A model generated the notes under the pieces. That model was given only the letters and a program-made list of their open reading frames with translations. It did no database searches and was not told the DNA's origin. Positions 6,418 through 10,929 of a DNA stretch of 10,929 nucleotides are shown here, in pieces. Location of the stretch: NCBI GenBank assembly GCA_050749285.1, contig JBOGQX010000022.1:1-10929 (forward strand), given 5' to 3'. Each line of letters opens with the position of its first letter. The first letter of the stretch is position 1. Both the position numbers and the translations under genes were made by a program. Origin of the DNA: Nitrosotalea sp. Lineage in GTDB: Archaea; Thermoproteota; Nitrososphaeria; Nitrososphaerales; Nitrosopumilaceae.

Positions 6418-6456
6418 TGTAGACAATGTAGACATTTTTTGTCTACATTGTCGACT
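6418..6456. promoter_or_regulatory. 39-bp palindromic octamer array L at the 3' end of the ATPase gene
   Basis: TGTAGACA (6418-6425), A, TGTAGACA (6427-6434), TTTTT, TGTCTACA (6440-6447), T, TGTCGACT (6449-6456). The layout is 8-1-8-5-8-1-8. The ATPase stop codon (6443-6445) lies inside the third octamer. Confidence 0.8.
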
Positions 6457-7621
6457 TTCGTACAAGATACTGCTTTAGCAATGGAACAGAAAAACGGTAA
6501 ATTCCACGTTTGTAGTTATAAATCAGACCTTTCTCCTCAAGCCTTTTCATGTATTTTGACAATGTAGTTCGTTCCATTCTTGTCCTTTTCTTGATAAAAT
6601 CAAACGGGATGTCAGTAACAGTTGCGCCCGCCATGGCAATAATCACTTTTTGCTCATCGTCACTCAATATCTCTAGTCTAGGATCAAAAAAGTCATCATC
6701 AAGTTGTTTTGTAATCATAGGACTGATTCTGTCATAATTACTTAGGGAAATTTTCTTCTTATCACTCATATTGATTAACTCCTTACAGTAAAATTGAATA
6801 AAATATGGATACTGACCAGTTTCGGTGACAATCTTTTCAACAAGAGGTTTTTCAAATTTGTACTCGCTTTTATCTAGCGGCTTTGTAATTGCAAATGCTG
6901 CTTCTTCCTTGCCTAGATTTCCAACCTCCAATGATTTGTACATGCGTTCAGAATATGATCTTGCTTCTTTAATATTGAGATGGAGGTTTGGTAGACCGGA
7001 AAAAACTGCAAAATATTTACAGCCAGCCTTTTGCACTTCATTTAGCACTCCCATGAAATCAGAAAGAACAAACCACTTTTTGTATGGCACATCGTAGATT
7101 GAATGAAATTCGTCAAAAAGGAAGATGACTCCTTTGTAATTACTGTTTTCAAAGATTTTCCAATTCTTGGTAAGATACTCCTTCAGATGATCCTCAAATG
7201 GTACACCAGAAGCTGAACTGTATGACGGTTCATAATAGAAAACATCTGGAATTCCTACATGTTTCGGTCTAACATAAGAGAGAATTGAAGTAAACTTGTC
7301 TTTTATTCGCTTGACTCTGGAAAATGTACCCATTGCAGTCTTTATGTCGTATTTTAATGCCTTGGTAAACTCATCTGGATCACAGTATTTCTTACTAAAC
7401 TGTGCTCTCTTAATAGGAAGAAATCCATGACTTACACACAACTTACTAAATTCTTCCATGAGAACCGTTTTTCCAGTACCTCGTAAACCATATACTATCA
7501 GATTCTCAACATGACCGTCATTAATGCTCTTTAACATTTGTTCAAACCTTGCCAAATGTTCTTGCCTCCCAGCAAGATAAGGAGGAGGCGCTCCTGAACC
7601 GGGATTGAATGGATTATTCAT
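6443..7621 (-). CDS. AAA+ ATPase with C-terminal winged-helix domain (archaeal ATPase / Orc1-Cdc6-like architecture)
   Basis: N-terminal FNPGSGAPPPYLAGRQEHLARFEQML, Walker A GLRGTGKT, Walker B VIFLFDEFH. The C-terminal wHTH-like segment is DEQKVIIAMAGA…TTLSKYMKRLEEKGLIYNYKRGIYRFSVPLLKQYL. I place the start at ATG 7621-7619 (MNNPFNPG). The track start at 7639 is a TTG inside the upstream palindrome. Confidence 0.85.
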   Translation of the reverse strand: MNNPFNPGSGAPPPYLAGRQEHLARFEQMLKSINDGHVENLIVYGLRGTGKTVLMEEFSKLCVSHGFLPIKRAQFSKKYCDPDEFTKALKYDIKTAMGTFSRVKRIKDKFTSILSYVRPKHVGIPDVFYYEPSYSSASGVPFEDHLKEYLTKNWKIFENSNYKGVIFLFDEFHSIYDVPYKKWFVLSDFMGVLNEVQKAGCKYFAVFSGLPNLHLNIKEARSYSERMYKSLEVGNLGKEEAAFAITKPLDKSEYKFEKPLVEKIVTETGQYPYFIQFYCKELINMSDKKKISLSNYDRISPMITKQLDDDFFDPRLEILSDDEQKVIIAMAGATVTDIPFDFIKKRTRMERTTLSKYMKRLEEKGLIYNYKRGIYRFSVPLLKQYLVRKSTM

Positions 7622-7660
7622 TGTAGACAATGTCGACAAATAATGTCTACATTGTCTACA
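7622..7660. promoter_or_regulatory. 39-bp palindromic octamer array R abutting the ATPase start codon (candidate operator)
   Basis: TGTAGACA (7622-7629), A, TGTCGACA (7631-7638), AATAA, TGTCTACA (7644-7651), T, TGTCTACA (7653-7660). It has the same 8-1-8-5-8-1-8 layout as array L and starts one base after the ATG (7619-7621). Confidence 0.8.
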
Positions 7661-7736
7661 TTATAAGCAGTGTGGAGTCTATGGATTCACTGATGAATTA
7701 TTTGCAGAATGGCTTAAACTGTCTGATTCCTTGTAA
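7644..7736 (+). pseudogene. relic of the C-terminus of a second, paralogous ATPase/wHTH gene
   Basis: The plus frame is open from 7644 to TAA (7734-7736) with no start codon. It ends …YKQCGVYGFTDELFAEWLKLSDSL*, which aligns with the intact ATPase C-terminus YKR-GIYRFSVPLLKQYLVRKSTM*. That gives 7 identities in 23 aligned positions plus V/I, T/S, F/L, W/Y and Q/R pairs, with stops in the same column. Confidence 0.4.
7661..7666 (-). promoter_or_regulatory. candidate TATA box for the ATPase gene
   Basis: TTATAA lies immediately upstream (minus-strand sense) of palindrome R, about 40 nt from the ATG. A start site roughly 25 nt downstream would fall inside the palindrome. Confidence 0.35.
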
Positions 7737-7761
7737 ACTTTACAACTTGTAAACTTTACAA
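7730..7761. repeat. perfect 16-bp tandem duplication forming a 35-bp near-palindrome
   Basis: CTTGTAAACTTTACAA occurs at 7730-7745 and again at 7746-7761. Each unit contains TTGTA-N6-TACAA. The span 7729-7763 equals its reverse complement except at three central C/G positions. Confidence 0.85.
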
Positions 7762-7869
7762 GGATCGGCTACCATGGTCTGACAAGGCAGATCTAATAGT
7801 CAAAGAAGACCCCATACTGTCAAACAAGAGAGGTTTTTGAAAAATGTGATACCTCCACAAGGTAATTTT

Positions 7870-7909
7870 CCTACGTTTGGACTGAAAATTTTTTCAGCCC
7901 AAAGGTAGG
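7870..7909. repeat. palindromic site B (related to site A)
   Basis: CCTACGTTTGG (7870-7880) and CCAAAGGTAGG (7899-7909) match 10 of 11 as reverse complements. The centre is ACTGAAAATTTTTTCAGC, with CTGAAAA/TTTTCAG itself palindromic. It shares GACTGAAAATTTTTT with site A. Confidence 0.75.
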
Positions 7910-8078
7910 ATTTTGGGTATTACACGGGCTTGGTGTATGTGATAAACAAAGAGGTGACATTATAACAGAAAAAATTACATTATTGAAATCTTCACACAAC
8001 GAGTTCTTTAAAGCATGCAAATCACCTCCCGTATTTTTCTCCTTTTAACTTGTTGCAAACTGTATTTCTGAAGATATT

Positions 8079-9017
8079 GTGTACTTTATCAGAAAGATAA
8101 GAAGGACCAAAAAGCGTATAGACAAGAGCTCGTTTATCGTATCTATTCCAAAAAAGTTACAACAAAAGCTGGAATCTCACAATCAAGAAATAGCAGCAAG
8201 GCTTGCAAATTTTTCACGGTTACGCTATTTTTACGATGATACCGAAGGCTCTAGGTGCTTTCTATTGGTACTATGGAGCAGCGAACTGCCACCAAATTAT
8301 GCATCTGACAAGACCAAGACAACCACAATACAGAAGAGCGGCAGGACAAGCAGGTATGTTATCATACCAAGGAAGGTGTGCTACAGGTACGGGTGGGGCG
8401 CGGGAACCGAGCTTGTGATTGGACTTGATTATGATATGGATGAATATGTGCAGGGTACAATATACAAGGACGGTGACTTTGTACCATCAGAAAAAGATCC
8501 TGAGCCCTGTGTCATAAAATTCCAGAGGTACCAGGACATGAAGAAGTTGTACAGTGCAAGACTTGAAAAGAAAAAGGAAGATCTTGCAAGGCAGGAAAGT
8601 GACGCATACTGGTCTACCCGCAACAAACCATCCAATTATGGTATCATCATGGACAGGATAAATTATGAAAGAAAGAACATACACAAGCTTGTCTGGAACC
8701 GACTGTTGCAGATGAACCTTGTCGCAATATCGTACACTGACTTTGTAAAGCTCAGGTCAGAGAAGGAAAGGGAGAAGAAGAAAAAGAGAAAAGAATTTCT
8801 GCAGAAAAGATATGGTAACAGGTCAACGTGGCAATACAGAAAGGATATCGTCAGGACCGGCAAGAGTTATGGATATGATTACGATGCACGGCGCGAGAGC
8901 ATCTTGGATGATCCTGATGCGTATCTAGAGGCAAAGAGTGACGATCCTGAGCTATACGGAGAGGAAAGATCTGAGAGCAAAAGCTCGTACCATGAAGATG
9001 AATCTGAAGACTTCTAG
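8079..9017 (+). CDS. hypothetical protein with two AbrB-like motifs, a K/E-rich central region and an acidic C-terminal tail (candidate adaptor of the actin-like ATPase)
   Basis: GTG start, 312 aa. SSFIVSIPKKLQQKL and TSRYVIIPRKVCYRYGWGAGTELVIGL resemble the x-V-x-I-P-K/R-K strand-turn of SpoVT/AbrB domains. A charged helical segment follows (EKEREKKKKRKEFLQKR). The tail is DDPELYGEERSESKSSYHEDESEDF. It stops 32 nt before the next gene. Confidence 0.5.
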   Translation: MYFIRKIRRTKKRIDKSSFIVSIPKKLQQKLESHNQEIAARLANFSRLRYFYDDTEGSRCFLLVLWSSELPPNYASDKTKTTTIQKSGRTSRYVIIPRKVCYRYGWGAGTELVIGLDYDMDEYVQGTIYKDGDFVPSEKDPEPCVIKFQRYQDMKKLYSARLEKKKEDLARQESDAYWSTRNKPSNYGIIMDRINYERKNIHKLVWNRLLQMNLVAISYTDFVKLRSEKEREKKKKRKEFLQKRYGNRSTWQYRKDIVRTGKSYGYDYDARRESILDDPDAYLEAKSDDPELYGEERSESKSSYHEDESEDF

Positions 9018-9049
9018 TTTCCTTTTAAACTATATTCGATTTCTATAAC

Positions 9050-9916
9050 ATGGCATGCGAGAACCATGATGATATAGTAGCAATAGATGCTGGAACGGGA
9101 TTTGTAAAATGTGTCTCTGCGCACATGCGGGTATCATTCCCATCCATATATGGAACAAGACGACTGACAAGATGGGAGGATCCAAAGGAAGGAACGGTCG
9201 AAGCTGTAGGATACGAGGCAGTCAAGATGTCAACCTATCCTGATACCGTATTGGTAAGGGCTGTGCTTGAGGGCAGGATAGCAGAAGAGAAGGCCTTTGT
9301 AGCTATCATCAGGGAGGCAGTTAGAATGCTTGGATGTGAGCGCGATCTTGGATCGTTTGTTGTTGTAATGGGCCTTCCATATGGTGCAGCGCAGCAGAAA
9401 CAGTACCTTGAGAAATTAGTAGAGCGAATCTTAAAGCCAAGGCAGGTGCTTGTCATACCGCAATCGATTGGCACGCTCCTGTCGGAAGATGCAAGGACTG
9501 GTATGGTACTCTCGATAGGGCAGGGAACTACAGAGCTTGTCCTCTTTGAAGACCTCAAGCCAGTTGCCGGAATCTCGATTCCGCAAGCTTGTGACTATCT
9601 GTACGAAGATCTTGCATATCTTGAACATGAAAAAAATACTGCAGACAAGAAAAAAATAGATGCACTGACTACAATTCTTGCCAACAAGCTTGCAGTCTTC
9701 AAGACCAGACTGAACAAGGAATATGACATCTACATGTCAGGTGGGGGAGTGCTTGTAGAGGGACTGTGCGAGTCTTTACATGCCAAGGTCCACGACAAAC
9801 TCAAGATTGTAAAAGATCCACTCTACTCTAACGCGACAGGACTCTACAAGCTTGGCGGGATGGTATCGTTACCATCATCTAGTACTGAAGGTCAGCAAGC
9901 GATATTCCACCCATAA
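9050..9916 (+). CDS. actin-fold ATPase, ParM/MreB-like (candidate segregation NTPase)
   Basis: Actin-fold motifs appear in order: phosphate-1 IVAIDAGTGFVK, SFPSIYG, VVVMGLPYG, VLVIPQSIGTLL, phosphate-2 VLSIGQGTTELVLF, adenosine IYMSGGGVLV, and the C-terminal DPLYSNATGLYKLG. Confidence 0.75.
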   Translation: MACENHDDIVAIDAGTGFVKCVSAHMRVSFPSIYGTRRLTRWEDPKEGTVEAVGYEAVKMSTYPDTVLVRAVLEGRIAEEKAFVAIIREAVRMLGCERDLGSFVVVMGLPYGAAQQKQYLEKLVERILKPRQVLVIPQSIGTLLSEDARTGMVLSIGQGTTELVLFEDLKPVAGISIPQACDYLYEDLAYLEHEKNTADKKKIDALTTILANKLAVFKTRLNKEYDIYMSGGGVLVEGLCESLHAKVHDKLKIVKDPLYSNATGLYKLGGMVSLPSSSTEGQQAIFHP

Positions 9917-10187
9917 TGACGTTCTCCTTTTCTTTTGTTACTTGATTTACGGATTCGACTGTGACAGTATCATGCTTGTTACTTTCTGTACTACCGCCAA
10001 GAATCCTATTTTCTTTTGATACTACAAACCTGTTCTCTTCAAGCTTGAAGTAGAGTACGCCACCTTTCTCAATATGCAGCGCTTTGCAGATCTTTCTTGG
10101 TATCGTGACCGCAAGCGAGTGCTTGGGCTCACGCCCAATCTTTACCACACGTCTTGCATAGATTTTGGATATAGTACTATACAACAA
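9879..10187 (-). CDS. AbrB/SpoVT-type DNA-binding protein (102 aa)
   Basis: ARRVVKIGREPKHSLAVTIPRKICKALHIEKGGVLYFKLEENRFVVSKE matches the SpoVT-AbrB swapped-hairpin pattern. TTG start at 10187, with GTG 10151 as an alternative. Its 3' end overlaps the actin-like gene by 38 nt. Confidence 0.65.
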   Translation of the reverse strand: MLYSTISKIYARRVVKIGREPKHSLAVTIPRKICKALHIEKGGVLYFKLEENRFVVSKENRILGGSTESNKHDTVTVESVNQVTKEKENVIMGGISLADLQY

Positions 10188-10217
10188 GATGAAAACTACA
10201 GAAACTTAAAAACCATA

Positions 10218-10257
10218 AAAAACTATATGGTTTTGCCTCCAAAAACTATATGGTTTT
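10218..10257. promoter_or_regulatory. two direct copies of the 17-bp near-palindrome AAAAACTATATGGTTTT (candidate operator/centromere, overlapping the AbrB promoter)
   Basis: Copies lie at 10218-10234 and 10241-10257, 23 bp apart. A partial inverted half-site AAAACCATA sits at 10209-10217. Copy 1 lies 31-47 bp upstream of the TTG start of the minus-strand AbrB gene and contains a TATA-like core. Confidence 0.6.
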
Positions 10258-10473
10258 TCCTGCTGCACTATGTAGCTTTTCCGACAAAACCAAGGTATCC
10301 ATTCAGAAAAAAGTAAGGAAATCTGATGCTCAAGAACAGTCCATGCGTAAAAATTTCCTTGTTTTTGCCAAAAAAGCGCTTTACCGCCATATTATACGTA
10401 TTTTATTTTTTATTTTCTTTTTTCTTTGTGCAGTTTTACCATCTTGACTTTCTATCTAGTTTTCTTTCTCTTG

Positions 10474-10490
10474 AAAACCATATAGTTTTT
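10474..10490. repeat. inverted third copy of the 17-bp near-palindrome
   Basis: AAAACCATATAGTTTTT is the exact reverse complement of AAAAACTATATGGTTTT. Confidence 0.8.
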
Positions 10491-10680
10491 AGATTACCAT
10501 TTTTCTGTTGTTTTTACATTTGATCTGCAATCTCTTTTCTCCTAGAATTCTCCTTTCTGCTTATTCTACTCTAATTCTCATCTCTCTAACTTTTTCTTTT
10601 CCATTATCATTCCTGCCTATCTGAATACTGCACCAAGATCTAATACATCAAGTACGCCATCACCATTGATATCACCAGAT

Positions 10681-10929
10681 TCAATAGTTCCTTTCCTTTC
10701 GTGTTCTTCGTATACCAGCTTTAGGTACTTTGCCTAACACAAGACGAGGAATATCATATCGTTTTTCCTTCCCGTACCACTCGTACAGGTCCTTGTCGCT
10801 CTTTGAGAGGTTGCATCTCTGGCAAGCCTGTGCCATGTTGTCTATAGTATCTGGACCTCCTTTTGACCTTGGAATGATATGTTCCCAGTGAAGATTCTCG
10901 GTACTTCGGACGCTTGTACGTCCATACAT
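10681..10929 (-). CDS. HNH endonuclease (probably truncated at the window edge)
   Basis: HWEHIIPRSKGGPDTIDNMAQACQRCNLSKSDK matches the HNH pattern (H-x-x-H-I-x-P-x-x-x-G-G…N…C-x-x-C-N-x-x-K). The reading frame reaches the last base of the window, so the true start may lie beyond it. Confidence 0.8.
   Translation of the reverse strand: MYGRTSVRSTENLHWEHIIPRSKGGPDTIDNMAQACQRCNLSKSDKDLYEWYGKEKRYDIPRLVLGKVPKAGIRRTRKERNY

Larger units (their letters stand above)
4131..10929. mobile_element. putative integrated mobile genetic element (left border near 4131; right border beyond the window)
   Basis: The gene content is an integrase, an actin-like partition-type module, several AbrB regulators and an HNH nuclease. 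GC steps from 18/90 (4041-4130) to 65/130 (4131-4260) by hand count. Integrase and partition genes run about 45-55% GC, against about 35-42% to the left. Confidence 0.5.

Noticed and set aside
6549-7097. ORFs 6549-6737 (+) and 6825-7097 (+)
   Set aside because: They are antisense to the well-supported ATPase gene and translate to low-complexity S/L/F-rich sequence.
6418-7660. CRISPR array or a classical IS element as the explanation for the octamer palindromes
   Set aside because: There are only two arrays, 1.2 kb apart, and they enclose a full gene. That is neither a repeat-spacer series nor a CRISPR-like repeat length or spacing. No transposase is enclosed and no target-site duplication is evident next to 6418 or 7660, so a standard IS is not supported.
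8203-9628. ORFs 8203-8418 (+), 8429-8635 (-), 8487-8684 (-), 8663-8863 (-), 9043-9225 (-), 9235-9558 (-) and 9431-9628 (-)
   Set aside because: All are nested in alternative or antisense frames of the 8079-9017 and 9050-9916 genes. They lack motifs, whereas the chosen frames carry AbrB-like and actin-fold signatures.
10074-10523. ORFs 10074-10316 (+), 10250-10447 (+) and 10326-10523 (+)
   Set aside because: The first is antisense to the AbrB gene. The others run through T-rich, repeat-bearing intergenic DNA and translate to F/L/I/K low-complexity strings (FFIFFFLCAVL, FYFLFSFFFV). They read better as non-coding regulatory DNA.

Overview
The window is AT-rich and looks archaeal: TATA-like promoter elements, oligo-T terminators and an archaeal-type AAA+/wHTH ATPase. 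An ammonia-oxidising thaumarchaeon is only a guess, based on the surface-protein motif in the collagen-like gene. It splits into two parts. The left part (1-4130, about 20-42% GC in my hand counts of 60-90-nt stretches) carries: a start-less 21-bp periodic repeat array; a 49-aa AbrB/SpoVT gene missed by the ORF track; a secreted collagen-like protein with 20 Gly-X-Y triplets; an MtlR-like HEPN protein with an Rx4H motif; a class I SAM methyltransferase; a single-domain rhodanese; and a Cys-rich membrane protein. GC jumps from about 20% to about 50% at roughly 4130. From there to the right edge the content looks like a partial integrated mobile element. It holds a tyrosine recombinase with a 127-aa tail after the catalytic Tyr, and a small convergent ORF. 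It also holds an AAA+/wHTH ATPase that is AT-rich and is bracketed exactly by two 39-bp palindromes of the same design, each built from four TGTAGACA-type octamers. Beside the right palindrome lies a 24-codon relic of a paralogous ATPase C-terminus. Further right is a three-gene module: a protein with AbrB-like motifs and an acidic tail, a ParM/actin-like ATPase, and an AbrB/SpoVT protein, next to three copies of a 17-bp near-palindrome that could be a centromere or operator. A partial HNH endonuclease ends the window. The two best candidates for something undescribed are the palindrome-bracketed ATPase cassette and the actin-like/AbrB segregation-type module. All functional calls rest on motifs read by eye; no searches were run.
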